From Octopus vulgaris (Eukaryota): a DNA stretch of 64,000 bases. The notes below the pieces were generated by a model. The model saw only the letters and a list, made by a program, of their open reading frames with translations. It made no database searches and was not told the DNA's origin. Below, piece after piece: positions 45,004 to 58,886 of the stretch. Each line of letters begins with the position of its first letter. Position 1 is the first letter of the stretch. The position numbers and the translations under genes are program-made. Location: positions 57,226,001 to 57,290,000 of the forward strand of contig OX597817.1 in the NCBI GenBank assembly GCA_951406725.2. The letters run 5' to 3'.

Positions 45004-46912
45004 TTACATCATACATATATGCATATTACTTAAATATATGCAGACTTAAAACACATACACAACACTGACGGATATGCATACATTACATACACATGCACAC
45101 ACACACGTATATGTAACAAATACACACACACATACATTACATATGCATACATTAACAGTATGTGTATATGTACGTGTGTATGTGAGAGAGAGAGTAAAAG
45201 AAAACGTGCAAAAGGAAATAAAAGAAAACGAAAGTGAAAGTAGGAGAAATAGAAGAGTGACGGTGAGAGTGATGGCTTGCATAGAGGGGAGAGAAGTAAC
45301 AGAGAGAAGAGGCAGGGAGGAAGTGACGGAATGAGAGAGAGAGAGAAAGAGAGAGAAAATAAGAGGAAAATTCCAAAATGTCTGACTAAAAATGCATCCA
45401 GTAAATAAGAGCGACATCAAAAAAGTGGGATAAGAGGGAGACAAGAGGGGACAGAAATAATTGCATGGTGGTTAGAAACGGAGGATGACGGGGTGGGGGG
45501 CTGAGTAGGGCTGCAGCCTCGACTACGTGCGTGTGTACGTGTGTGTGTGAGGCGAGGATCGATCATCAGGTGCTTGTTGGTAGGCAAGACAGGCATTTTA
45601 GTGATGTGAAGCTGAGAAAGAGGAGGAGTAGGAGGAGGATAGAAAAGAGAAAATCTCTCTAGAACCACCGACCACACACACACAGATTTACTAGGAACAA
45701 TTGTTTACAGATGGACAACTATGAAAAAGAGGTAGCTTATGGAAAGGTTTAGAGAGGGCCACAGAGCTAGAGGGAACAATTGGTTACAGATGGACTTCTT
45801 GTAGAGAGAGAGAGAACGAGACAACTTATGGAAAGACCTACATGTATGGAGAGAGAGAGAGAGAGATTGCTATACGTCGACATAGTATTTAAACAATTTA
45901 GTCATAATAAATGTCTATGAATGACTAATTTACTGCATTATGTAACAGTAATACTATAATTTTTACAGACGAAAGTTATCTCAGTGACTATAATAGATTT
46001 ATTTACTAGTTAATAAATACAGTTCCCATCTAGTTCGCTTCTAACGTCTTCGTATCCCACAGCAAAGCAAAATATCTTGAAAGGGCCTGACCCTAATTAA
46101 CTACACTTAAATGAAAGGTTGGTGAACAGGGTAGAGCGACTAGCTAATGTTATTGCCAAAAAAACGTGACAGAACTGAATCCAAACACCCAGTATTCGGT
46201 GAACTGATACTGTTAATAGATGTATATCATTATCATACATGCTTTTATCATTAATTTTTCTTTTTAATGTAGACGTTAAATGTTGGTCAGACAGAGTAGG
46301 ATGATGGTTATCTCTCTGCTGGAACTATCTAGGTTTATGTATCCACACATACATACATACATACACGCGCACATACGGCAAGAGAAAATCCTTTAATAAG
46401 AGAAAGCAGATGGAATTAGTAGAAATAATACATCGCAAATAACCACCTCCATTAATTACTGCTAGTACTACTACTACTACAACAGTCACGGCGCCACAAC
46501 ACTGCAGTCATTTCTGCATCTGTTGCTAGCAACAATTGCAACCAGCAACTCTGCAGAATCTATCATCCTCACACACGCACACACATATATACACACAGAC
46601 ACACACGGACGGACGCCATTTTCAATTCTATGATCATCATCATCATCGACATCACCGTCGTCGTTATTATGATCAAATATATTTAAGAGAACTGCCATGT
46701 TTTGGTACAAAACCAACAATTTTTAAAAGAATCCTGATGCTTCCTGTTAGTCATTTACTAGTAAATACACAATCTTACCCACCTACTATATATATATATA
46801 TATATATATTTTCATTCTCGGCTAGCTTCACTGTTGCTAAACTACCAAATCTGCTATACATGTTTACTATTGTTTTTACTTGAAAAGACATCTGTCTATG
46901 TGTGTGTGTGTG

Positions 46913-46981
<69 letters not shown>

Positions 46982-48708
46982 TATATATATGTGTGTATAT
47001 ATGTGTGTGTGTATATATATGTATGTATATCATGAGATCAAGAATATTCTGCAGTATATTTAACTATAGACATTGTTAACATCACATCAGTGCGTGTGTA
47101 TGATCATAGAAAAAAAACACTACGTTAGTTTATAGCGAGGTGTGAAATAAAAAAAAAAAAAGTCTAACGCTTCGAACATTCGTCCTTTCTCCAAGTGAGG
47201 TGAGGTGGAGGATACATGACGGACTCAACGCTTGTGGGCAACAGTTTCCTTGGATTCTGGGTTTTCAGCACTCTTCCATCTATCTATATACACACATACA
47301 TACTAGACACATACACCTTTAGGTACCAGTTTCGAATTCCACCATAACTATCTATATATCTATATTACATACATACACACATATATATATATATATATAC
47401 ATACATACACACACATATATATATATATATACATACATACACACATATATATATATATATATACATACATACATACATATATACATACATACATATATAC
47501 ATACATATATGATACATATGGGTGTGTGTTGACGACTGCTTGCATTTGCAGCTAGCAAACTCCCACACACTAGTACAGGTCTACAGATACTCGTTAACTT
47601 AGCGTGTGTGTATGTATGAGTGTGTGTGTATATATGTGCGCACACACGTACATAAATGTTACTCGTCAGCAACAGTGACTCCTTAGTATATATTTGTGCG
47701 TATGTCTGTGTGTGCGTGTGTCATCGTCAATTATCATATGGGCCATTGGTGATTTCGTAATTAGCATGAAATGTTAAAATGCTGTAAAGAAGCCTCGTAA
47801 GAGAGTAGTCTGTGGCCTGGCCTATCCCTTGTCTACCTGATTATAATAGCAGGGTAAGTGTGAAGCTGTGTGGAAGAAAAGAAGTTCTGTTGTCACACAA
47901 GACAAGAAAAGGAAATGGCGTGGTGGTCATTGCTTTCTGGACGGAAACCAGGCTGGGAGACGTGAGAAAATTTTATCTGAAGACTTGTCACAATATTATC
48001 CACCTCCAGCAACACCACCATTACTACTACTACTACTACTACAAGGCAACGAAGGAACCGCTACGTAGTCGCTAGACATAGCAGCCTAATTCTCTCAGAT
48101 CATACCCTACCGTCTTAAGGGTTATATTGACCAGCTTAGCCCTCAGAAGCAACAGAAAGATAGGGTGGTCACAGCTGGAAAGTCGACAATAAAAGGTCTG
48201 TTCGATCGGTTGCTAAGTTAGGGGACCAAACTATTCCACTTCCAACACCACCACCACGTATCGCTATCCCCACATCACCCCCACCGCCACTACACCCAAT
48301 ACAGCCAAACCACTGTGCGTGTGCAGATAAAACCACCGACCTTGAATACAGCCAAAATATGACAGATTTTGACCGACTGTAACATTGAAAATTCAATATA
48401 TGATAAGCCGACTTACATATTCAATAACAAATATGTGTGTGTGTATGTGTGTGTCAATATAATTAGATATGAGCTGTGGTATATGAACGATGTGGATGGT
48501 GCGTGCAGTGGTCAACACGATCATATAAACGCTTGATTGGCTTCGATACTTCTCTCTCCATCTCACACAATGATCTCATCTCTGGGTTTTTTTTTTATAT
48601 GTTTGATAATCGAACACCACTAAAATACCAATCACTTACACACAAATTGCCTCTGTGTGTACTGGAATACTGTATCAATGAGCAAATACATTAACATACA
48701 GACAATTC

Positions 48709-48768
<60 letters not shown>

Positions 48769-48875
48769 TTTAAATGAGGGTGAGAAATTAGATATTAATG
48801 TAATTAACATCGATTTCACATCAATGGTCTAGCATATAAAAAGACTGAAGGTTCAGTAAAATTATATTATATTAT

Positions 48876-48967
48876 ATACATATTAGAGGGAAACCACTAT
48901 GTGGACACTGTGCGGATCTATTTCTAGCATAAGGGTGTCCACATAGTGGTTTCCTTCTAAGATGTAT
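48876..48967. repeat. 33-bp inverted repeat with 26-nt loop
   Basis: atacatattagagggaaaccactatgtggacac / gtgtccacatagtggtttccttctaagatgtat, 2 mismatches. Confidence 0.9.
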
Positions 48968-49499
48968 GTAAATGTGTATATATATATATATATATATATA
49001 TTCCGCTCTGAACATGTTGAATGTATTAAGGCCAAGCTAAAACTGGTGGGGGTACCAGCTTTTAAATTCGCGTTGCTTATCACTTGTTAATAATAAACAA
49101 TATATGTTACTATTACTAATTATTAATGAATAATTACAACTAATTATAAACTTCGCACATTATTACTGATATCTATTTGGCTTTATCATTCGTTAACAGC
49201 GGGATTTAGCTGAACGTGCATGAGATAACTATAACGGTGATGAAGAATGCCATTAGTCTAATAATAAATATAGCAGTTTTAATTAACAACTGACTAAATG
49301 TTTTCTCAAAGATAACAGTAAACATACATTTAATACACGATCTGTTTAACCACACACATGCGAGTATATATAACGTGTTTACACGAATAAATTCTAAGAA
49401 CTCGATTGTTGATGACATATCTATATATATATATCACATATAACTGAGTACATCTCTGATCCCAGATCTACCGGATATTAACACCAATCATATAAATAT

Positions 49500-49620
49500 T
49501 ATAAAGGCATACGAATGCGCCTGCCTGCTAGAAATAAGAGCTAAAACCCTCATTCAAACCACCAATAATAACACTAAAAATTTATTTCTAGCAGGCAGGC
49601 GCATTTGTGTGTCCTTATGA
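49500..49620. repeat. Inverted repeat with perfect 24-bp core
   Basis: aatgcgcctgcctgctagaaataa (49514-49537) and its reverse complement (49582-49605). Confidence 0.9.
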
Positions 49621-50543
49621 TAGATATAAATTTTAATTCTATACCTATATAATGCTATTTTGGGCTCGCAATCACTTATATTATTGTTGTTATCAACTAT
49701 TTATATTACCCTAGATAATAATAATTATATATACATATATATATTCATACACACACACACTCTCTCTCTCTCTCTCAGAAATTTATCACAAGGTACTTAA
49801 TGTTCTAGCAATGGCAGTAATGTTTGCAAATATTTAGTATGTATGTATAAATATATATATATACACACACACACACGTACATATAAATGAATGACGATCA
49901 CTGCAAACCTATCACTTACACATAGGTAGATTAGCGTTAATATTGTTAATACGGCTAATTAGAAATAATCATATGGTGAGGTAGAAAAATATTATTATTA
50001 TTATTAGTCACAAATATTTTCACTTTTCCGGAAAGCTTGCCAAAACACACCTCCAGATAAATATACTTATGGTATCACTACTTTATGACTAGCATTCATT
50101 GTTATTCAATGAATGGGTGCTTTTAAGATATACGTTTACAATAAAACCTTTATTGGTTTAAAACTAAATACTACACATATATCAGTGATATTTCCATATA
50201 TAATTTGTTGTTATGTAAGAGATCTTTCCTCAAGCCTGTACCCTATTTTAATTAGGGTTTCCACCTCAAGTCTCTCCACCCTATTTTAATCGATATTAAA
50301 ATTACGAACACAAAATGGTTTCTTTTAAAGAATTTTCCATCACCTGGATTACTTTTTTGCCCTTTCGTTTCGTTTTGGGGTGTTTTCTTTCTTTTTTTTT
50401 TTTTTCAGGCCCAAGATTTTATTAAATTTCTTTTTCACAGATGTGATCAAGACAGGATGGCGTGACATTCATATGTCCCACGACATAATTGAATTAAATC
50501 GACTGCAAATTGGATTTGAAAACATGTCTTAGTTCAGAACTAT

Positions 50544-50592
<49 letters not shown>

Positions 50593-51469
50593 CATAAAGA
50601 TATCGTGTACATTAAAACACATTAAGAGGCTTCCAAATAGGAAAGCCTTATGCTAGAAAGAGCAGTAGAAAACTCAAACCACTAATTAGGGATAAATTCT
50701 CGAAAGGAATGAAAATTAAAAACATTTACCATCTAATCACCCTAATATTATATATATATATATATATATATAACCCACACCTTCCTAATTTCCTTTCTCA
50801 CTTGGGTGTGCAACTATGCACTGTTACAAGGATGGATGTGAAAGTGAGTGATCGGCGGCTACAAGTGTGTTTCCCGAGTGTGACTGAATGTGTAGCTACA
50901 AGTGTGACTGGTGCGTGTTCGTGTGTGTGCAGGCGCGCGTCAACTTGTGTCACTGCGTGTTTTGTAACACAGTGTGTAACTACTGCGTGTGTGTCTTGTA
51001 ACTAAGTGTAAGTTTCCCCTCACAGCCTTGTGTGATGATTGAATGTGTAACTGTGTCAGCCATTGAAAATTCTGTCTTACGTCATTCCGACACATGTATG
51101 GCGAAGGTAGTGTTGCCCTTTGAATTTGTTTTAATTGGAAACACACATACACAACAGGAATAACACTAACCACCTCTACAATCACACACTTAAGACGGTT
51201 GCATACCTGTATTGTGGCCATCACAGGTGACAACATAACTGACACACGGGGGTTCTCATGGGGAAATAAAAATAAAATCGATGCCGGTGAAATTCGATCT
51301 CGAAACCTGGAGAGAGGTGAGATTTAATGCTGTCCTGTCAGCCTTCGTCTCGTGCCCTGTAATTATTATGTTACCACCGCCAGAACCGTGTAATTAACCA
51401 TCATTATTATTACTACTACCATTGTAATTAACTAATACAAGCCGACAACACAACTTCTGTGTTGTCGTT

Positions 51470-52060
51470 TGACATGGTTAAAAATAGCAACTAAATTCGT
51501 CTCCAAATCCCACTCTACAGTTGTGATGAAGAACACTATAGTTAGTCCTAGATATATTATGACTGAATAAAAAGATGGGATGGTCACGACTGGAACTGCT
51601 TTGGTTTGCTGGGTTTCAAGAGTGACCTGGGGGCTTTAAACAACCCCATTACCGTCAGTCAATTAACATTAATTAATATAAGGATAAAAAAACCATAAAC
51701 GTCATTAGCAGTTGGTCAACATGCGAGAAATAGCAGCTAAATTCTCTTCATATTACAACCTATAGTCGAAGGAAAGAAATGCTATGTTGGATAATGTAGT
51801 CCAGGATTCAGTGCCGAGAAAAGAGGGGTTGGTCACGGCCGGAATGCGTTTCATCATAGGTCAACTCTGATCACTAGTGATCCGAGTTGACTGTCCTAGA
51901 GTTTAAAAAAAAAACAACCACTAACGGTGCCTATGAAAGAACCTCAAAGAAATAGCAGCCAAATCTCCATTAAAGAATTCCTACCCTGATGTGTATATCA
52001 TTTGGTTTGTAGAAAAATCTGGATAGTCACATTCATAGGTTGCTGTATCATGGCCTGGTA
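51470..52060 (+). mobile_element. Three adjacent old family D elements (gctagaaatagcagccaaatctc...ggtcacggctggaatgc...ggggctaaacaac)
   Basis: Diverged copies at about 51470-51650, 51710-51920 and 51940-52060; more than 15 homologous copies across the window. Confidence 0.7.
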
Positions 52061-52139
52061 TGTACGAGAGAGTTAATTAACAATAATATAAATATATATA
52101 CATATATATATCCATGGTTTGGGTTACTTTCTCACTTAC

Positions 52140-52226
52140 CTTTCCAATATCGTAGTCTTCTGTTGGAATGATTTCTATTATATCGCTCTCTTCCAGAGTA
52201 GAACCTTCCGTGTCTCCAGCCTCCAT
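52140..52226 (-). CDS. Probable first coding exon of an unidentified minus-strand gene (MEAGDTEGSTLEESDIIEIIPTEDYDIGK, 29 codons, phase 0)
   Basis: ATG in strong context (acaATGG) at 52226; non-repetitive acidic peptide; ends in consensus donor AAG|GTAAGT at 52140/52139; lies just downstream of a promoter-like region. Product not recognised. Confidence 0.7.
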
Positions 52227-53059
52227 TGTACTATGAAGATTATTAATATCACTACTACGGGATGATGATGATAATAATAATAAATAGTGGTGGAGCAACA
52301 AGACTCATCAACCGACCAGTTGCTGCCGTTTGATACAGAGGAGATATCACACTCAATTACAGACTTTTCGATAAATATCTTCTTCAAATTAGATCGGGGG
52401 GACCACAGATGACGAGGTAGTGGTACCAATTAATTGCTTAAATAATTATTATCAACAGAAAGAAAGAGAAAAAATCACCCTTGCTTCTTTCTTAATTAAT
52501 ATTAAATTATTATTATCCGCTGTCTCGTTTTTTTTTTTGTTGATGTCGTTTCTTTTTTGGTTTTGGTTTTTTTTTTTCTTAATTTTTCTTTGACTATTTA
52601 CTACGACTGTCCCTTCTTTTCTTCCTGCAAGGAATTCTTCCTTCCTTCACACACATATATAGAATCTATATATCTATATAACAGACATGATAATTATATA
52701 GATATATAGGCGGCTATATATATATATGTATATATATATAACTCGTTTAGTAGTGAAGTGGAATTCTTGCCAGAGGTTGAAAATTGTTTAGCCGACGGCA
52801 GACTCTGGCGGAAGAATGAAGTGAGACAGTCGACATCACTGATTCTTTAGAAGACAAGCAACGGTTCCAGGCTTAGAATTCTGGTTTGTGGGATCTTTTT
52901 TCCTTGTTGTATGATACATAAATGGTTCTGAGGCAGGACACTAGGCTTTATACATCCATTTTAGACAGACAGAGATAGATATATGTATATACATACATAC
53001 AGCTAAGGGTACGTATGTATGTATATAGATGGATGGTTGTATAAAGATGACTGACTGCC

Positions 53060-54530
53060 TGTTGAAGTTGAACTACTGACGGAGGAAGGGGGGAAAAAGA
53101 AAAAGACAGAGAAATATACAGAAAAGAACTGGAGGAGGAGGAGACAGGGGAGATCACTGGGTGCTATTAGAGCAAACAGTGCTAAAACGAAGAGGCCGAA
53201 AAGAAGGAATGGTTATGAGGGAAAGTGAGAGGAAGGCAGGAGAGATATAGTAATATTATAGAGAGGGTAAGATAGGGAGGACTAGGTTACGAGGAAGGGT
53301 GAGAGGGGGGAAGTAGAGATGTAGTAATAGTATAAAGGAGAAGAAAGTAGATTATTGAAGATAGAGAGAGGCATAAGGGGAAGAGTAAAGTTTTTAAAAA
53401 TTCCAATTCCTTGAGAGAAAACTATAAAGAAAATGGTTAATGTGACTATCCCGGTACGATTAAATAGTTTTTTGGTAATTATTACGACGAGAAAAAAGGG
53501 GGTTTCATTGAAGGGTCAAGCTAAATAAGAAAACTGTTTATTTTTTTATTTTGTCTCAAGCAGCTTGCCGCATCCTAATGGCCTTTATATGTTAGGGGAC
53601 ATGGTCAGTGTGAGGACCGGGAGGTTTTCTAACGCATGCGTACGGACGGCAAGTTGTTGCACACATGCGTGATGGGATAGAGAGAGAGAGTGAAGGGGAT
53701 GAGGAAAGAGCGGGAGAAAAACACTCAGCAGGAGAGGAAGAGAGAGAAGGGGATGTAACAGATAGATAGAAAGAAGAATATAATAGAGAAGAGAGTGGGG
53801 AGGATGTCAGATAAAGAGAGGGAGAGAAGACTGTAAGAAAGAGAGAAGTAAGAGAGGGCTGTGGAGAAGGAGGAAGAAAAGGTAGAATGACAGAATGTAT
53901 TAGAAAGAGTAGATTGTGACGAGAGAAAGAAGATAGGATAAAAAAGATGTGAAGGAGAGAGAGAGAAAGAGTAAGAGTTGAGGAAGGAGAAATGTGACAA
54001 TAGTGAGATGAATTGAGCGGGAAAATTGAGTGATCAAAGGAAATGGGGGGAGGAAGAAAGAAAGACAGGGAGGGTAGGAAAGCGTGAGAAGAGAGAGAAT
54101 AAGGGAGAAAGGGTATTATAAGTGTGGTTGTAGAGAGAGAGAAAGAGAAAGTAGAATAGAAATGTTAATGGATGAAAATAGACAAGATTCAGTAAAGCGG
54201 TTAAAGAGAAACTGAGGAGCGTGGAATGGTGAGAAACTGTAGAAGAAAAAAAGGGTAAAAGTGAGAGAGTAACAGTTGATGTAAAAGAGTTAGAAGATGT
54301 GAGAGAGAGAGGTGGTGAAAGTAACGGACGACGAAAGAGACATGGGTAAGGGTTGATGCGTAAGAGAGAAATAATAAGTGAGAGGGAGACAAGAGAAAGT
54401 GTATAGCGGTGAGCAAGAAAAACAGAGCGAAAGAGAGAGTAATAGTCAGTGAGAGCGAGAGAGAGTGAAAGAATGGGAAAAGAGAGGGCAAAGGAGGAAG
54501 ACAGAATGGGTTACACGAAGAGAGGGTGAT
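53060..54530. repeat. Polypurine (GA-rich) low-complexity tracts flanking the promoter-like island
   Basis: Strong plus-strand purine bias at about 53060-53400 and 53675-54530. Confidence 0.85.
53560..53675 (-). promoter_or_regulatory. Promoter-like CpG-containing island with NRF1-like palindrome ACGCATGCGT
   Basis: ACGCATGCGT at 53632-53641 plus a nearby CACATGCGT, in a GC/CpG-richer unique segment between two polypurine tracts, about 1.4 kb upstream of the 52226 ATG on the minus strand. Confidence 0.45.
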
Positions 54531-54646
54531 TGGGTATTGAACAAGCCATGACTTGATCTTAAGTTCACAGTTTATCTTTCTTAATCATGTTCATTTTATC
54601 AGTTGACTTCATAGCTGTATGGACATGTATTAATTGTTGCTGTTGT

Positions 54647-54764
54647 CAGAGCCGTCTTAGAAGCAATAGAGACCCTCGGGCAGATCACTGCACTGGGTCT
54701 AGGCCTCTACACCCGTGAGGCCCCTGGGCCTTACCCAGTGTGCCTATGTCTTGAGACGGCCCTG
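54647..54764. mobile_element. 118-bp hAT (Tip100-like) MITE
   Basis: Termini CAGAGCCGTCT / AGACGGCCCTG; 8-bp TSD gctgttgt/gctgttat. Confidence 0.8.
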
Positions 54765-55825
54765 GCTGTTATTGTTCTTTCATTCTGTGACAACTCTGAT
54801 ACGACAGGGCTGTCAATGGTGTTCGATCAGTGACATCCGATCTTTTATTTCGTCATAATCCCCCAAATTATTTTCGGGCTTTCGCCTTTAGTTTCAGGGA
54901 CATACAACTAGGATTGCTCGAGAAACCGAAACGAGCCGGAGAAATGCAAAAATAGACGTGGTTGTCACGAGTAAACGAAACGAATGTACAATTGCATTTT
55001 CTCTATTTTAATTGCTAAATAGCCTAATATTTGGAAGTTATTACACTAGCATCGTAGAAAAAAGAAAAGATTTCTTATAAAAGAAATATACTTGAAAGTA
55101 AATACTAATTGAAAACCTATTTCAAAACACACTTATATTCTTTCGAAAAAAAAATTGGGCTATTCAGCGAAAGCTGTAATTATGACATTAAATAAGTGAC
55201 TTTCTAGCCTTAACATATTCGTTTCCTTACTCCGAATATCCAAGACTAATTTTGTATTTACTCAGATTGTTTTGGTTTCGGTATCTGTCCTGTGTGTATA
55301 TATGCCTAAAACCAAAGACCGCCAAAGCAAAATATTTAGTGCATATATTATCTAATGTGTCCTTCCTTTTTTTTTTTAAATATTACGGTGAGATTTGCTC
55401 AAACAGAATTTGGTAGCTATTTCTAGTAAATCCCTCAACCACTTAGTTTACAATAAGGATTTCAGACTTTAGCCCAACGTCAGCAATCTCTGAGGGAAGT
55501 GGATTACATCCACCTCAGTATTTGACTGGTACTTCATTTTAACAACCCCGAAATGATGAAAGGCTGAGTTAACCTCGGCAGAGGCTCTAACCATTCTGCC
55601 ACTCTTCACCTTCACAGCTACCACCAACATCGTCCTCATAACTATCACCATCATGAAACCACATATGGTCACTCGATTTTGCTAGAAATATCAACCAAAC
55701 TTCCTTCAAATCACATTCTATTGTCTTTAAAAAGGAAGGACAACACATTAAATAGACTTGTCTGAGATACATCATTTAGTGTCCGTATTCCATATTGGCG
55801 TGGACTGGATGGTTTGACAGAATCC

Positions 55826-56048
55826 TATTTCTTTACTACCCACAAGGGGTTAAACACAGAGGGGACAAACAAGGACAGACAAAGGGATTAAGTCAATTAC
55901 GTCGACCCCAGTGCGTAACTGGTACTCAATTTATCGACCCCGAAAGGATGAAAAGCAAAGTCGACCTCGGCGGAATTTGAATTCAGAATGTAACGGCAGA
56001 CGAAATACGGCTACGCATTTCGCCGGGCGTGCTAACGTTTCTGCCAGC
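55826..56048 (-). mobile_element. Young SINE family A copy nested in an old family B copy
   Basis: Near-consensus reverse copy; flanks (55770-55825, 56050-56150) are family B-like. Confidence 0.9.
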
Positions 56049-56599
56049 AACAGACCACAGGACTGTATTGAGTTCCACTGTTTTGGCACCGTTTCTATAG
56101 TTGGATGCTCTTCATAACACCAAACCACCGTGTGTACTGGCTGCTTTTTCATGACACTCTCTCAGACTCAAAAACAAGGGTTGTCATGGCTACCAAATTT
56201 GTGCTTGGGCCAACAATAATGAACATGGCACATTAAGTTCCATTATCAGCTGCACCTCTGTTGTCCTTCAAAGGACGTCCACAGGTCCCCTTTGATAATT
56301 TAGCTGACTCTTGTCCCAGTCTTGGGATCCACTGGTGGCGGAGGGTGTGGGGCACTGTAGAGATTCTTACTCGTCACTCTGCTACGTGATTGTTCATAGT
56401 GCTAGAAATAGCAGCTAAATTTCCCTCAAACCATATCTAACTACTTAAAAACACGAGATATTGCAAATGTTGTTCTAAATCCATAATGTCTGAAACTAAA
56501 ATGCCAACCAGGGAGTCTCTCCATGCTGCTGCAGCCAACTGTGAGTGCTATGGCTGCTGTTGTTAACGAGTAAGTCCTGAGGCAAAAGATTACAACTGA

Positions 56600-57180
56600 A
56601 ACAGTAGTAGCTACAACTACAACAACAACAGCAACAACAAAACAACCGTAGCTACAATAACTAAAGCAGCAGCAATCGGGACAGCGACAGAGGCAGCAAT
56701 GATTAAGACAAGCTTAATCCATTATCCCCCCACTAGCTCTACCATCACCCCCCCTCACCACCACCAATACCAACAGTACCATCACCATGACAACTGTCAT
56801 TAGATACCAGTAATATTCTCGAGTAAAGGGTCTACAGGTTCCATACATACCTCTGCATCCAAATGCCAAAGCCTTTATGTGATCACTCTGCATGGTAGAA
56901 ATAGCAGCTAAATCACCCTTAAATCATGTCTTATAACACTGTCTTCAACATCTTCATTATCATCATTGTTATTATTGTTGTCGTCATCCTTGTCATTAGC
57001 ATCATCATTATTATCACCATCATCATCATCATCATCATCATTATCATCATTGTTGATGTTATCATCATCAGTAGCAGCAGCACCATCCTCAGCAATCCTT
57101 ATTGTTATCACCATCATCATCATGGTCATCATCAACATCATCATCATCATCATCAACATCATCATCAACAGCAACAGCCA
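56600..57180. repeat. (CAA)/(CAC)/(CAT) trinucleotide-rich tracts
   Basis: Direct inspection. Confidence 0.9.
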
Positions 57181-57739
57181 TTTAAACTATCATCAAATTC
57201 GAATGTGTCAGAATGCATGATAATATTAATCCCAAGATTAAGATTAGTCTGAAGCTTGTGATTCAGATTAAGATGAGTCAGAAGCAAGGATTAACATGAA
57301 AGATGAAGAACAAATCTTAGCATCAATAAGGGACCATCACTATAGGAATATAACTGACGTTGTTGATGTTGTTGTTTAATTCCAGGTAAACCCTGTAGTC
57401 TTCCCTTTCTCCTGCCACCCAGCATACATTGCCAGGGACTGGGTGTTGGTGAAGAGCAAGCGACGGAGAAGACCATGGAAAGCATAATGAAAGATATTTT
57501 TATCAGAAATATTTGGCACAGCCCCAAACAGCAACTCACTACCTGGGAATCGATCCCAGATCACTATGTTCAGGTGAAAAGACAACTAAGCAACATAAAC
57601 AAGATTCTGTCAAAGAATGATGACATCAGCAAAAAGTGACCACTCAAATCTCTTGTAGAAACAGGATGTCATTAACAGTTTTGTCTTTGGTGTCTTTTAT
57701 TTGACAGACCATTACCTATATAGGGATTTGTTTATCTAC

Positions 57740-58035
57740 TAACTAACTGCTACCAGCATCACCTTACTGGCACCTGTGCCGGTGACATGTGTAAAAAGAT
57801 TCGAGCGAGATCGTTGCCAGTACTGCCTGACTGGCCCCCATGCAGGTGGCACGTAAAAGCACCCAGTACACTCTCAGAGTGGTTGGCGTTAGAAAGGGCA
57901 TCCAGCTGTAGAAACTCTGCCAAATCAAGATTGAAGCCTGGTGCAGCCATCTGGTTCACCAGCCCTCAGTCAAATCATCCAACCCATGCTAGCATGGAAA
58001 GCGGACGTTAAACGATGATGATGATGATGATGATA
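57740..58035 (+). mobile_element. SINE family B copy
   Basis: Family B consensus with (GAT)n tail. Confidence 0.88.
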
Positions 58036-58668
58036 ACTAGTCAGTGGTCGCAGCCCAACAAAGATCACAGCTGCATGAATTTACATCACTCAACATTGGC
58101 TACAGTCTACTATCATTGCTGGCATACATCTCACACAAACTGTTGAACTGTTTCACTTGGTTTATATATTTTTTTTCTGTTGTTTGTTGCAGCAACAACG
58201 TTTTTGATAATGATAAATAAAGACTTCATAACTGGAACCTCATACAAGCTTCTCTTCTCCATCCTTCAACACCAAGCAAAATATCCTATCAGTACACATT
58301 TATGAAAGACTTATGAGTAATGGGAGTCACCTACAGTTGTGCCAGAAGATGGCAGGTGACAGGATCGAAAGGAGACAACTCATAAGTTGATGTCTTCGTG
58401 GTCAAAGACAGGCCAGCTGTGGCCAGCCCATCTTTTCAACAGAATTTTATGTTATCTAATGTGTGAAAGGGTTAACTGCAGTGTGGAAAAGAAACAGTTA
58501 AATAAAAGGTGAGTAATTTATCTTTAATTTGTTTCAGTCACTGGACTGCGACCAGACTGGGGCACTGCTTTGAAGATAAAAGGCGAAATTCACCTCAGAA
58601 TGCAGAGAGTTAAAAAGCAGACACCATGCGGCATTTTATCCAACACACAAGTCACTTTGTTCTCTATT

Positions 58669-58886
58669 TAGAGGAGGAGGAGGAGGAGAAGAAGAAGATG
58701 AAGAAAAGAAGAAGAAGCTGAAGATGAGGAGAAGAAGAAAAAGAAGAAGATGAGGAGGAGGAGGAGAAGAAGAAGAAGATGATGAGGAAAAGAAGAAGAA
58801 GAAGAAGACGAAGAAGAAGCTGAAGAAGAAGACGAAGAAGAAAAAGAAGAAGAAGAAGATGAGGAGGAGGAGAAGAAGAAGAAGAA
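58669..58886. repeat. (GAA/GAG)n microsatellite
   Basis: Direct inspection. Confidence 0.95.

Noticed and set aside
47790-47860. Plus-strand donor AGG|GTAAGT suggesting an exon
   Set aside because: No convincing acceptor, ATG or partner exons on the plus strand.
56908-57252. Poly-D/N/H/I/S ORFs (also 58664-58891, 59435-59846, 63665-63917)
   Set aside because: Trinucleotide microsatellite translations without exon signals.
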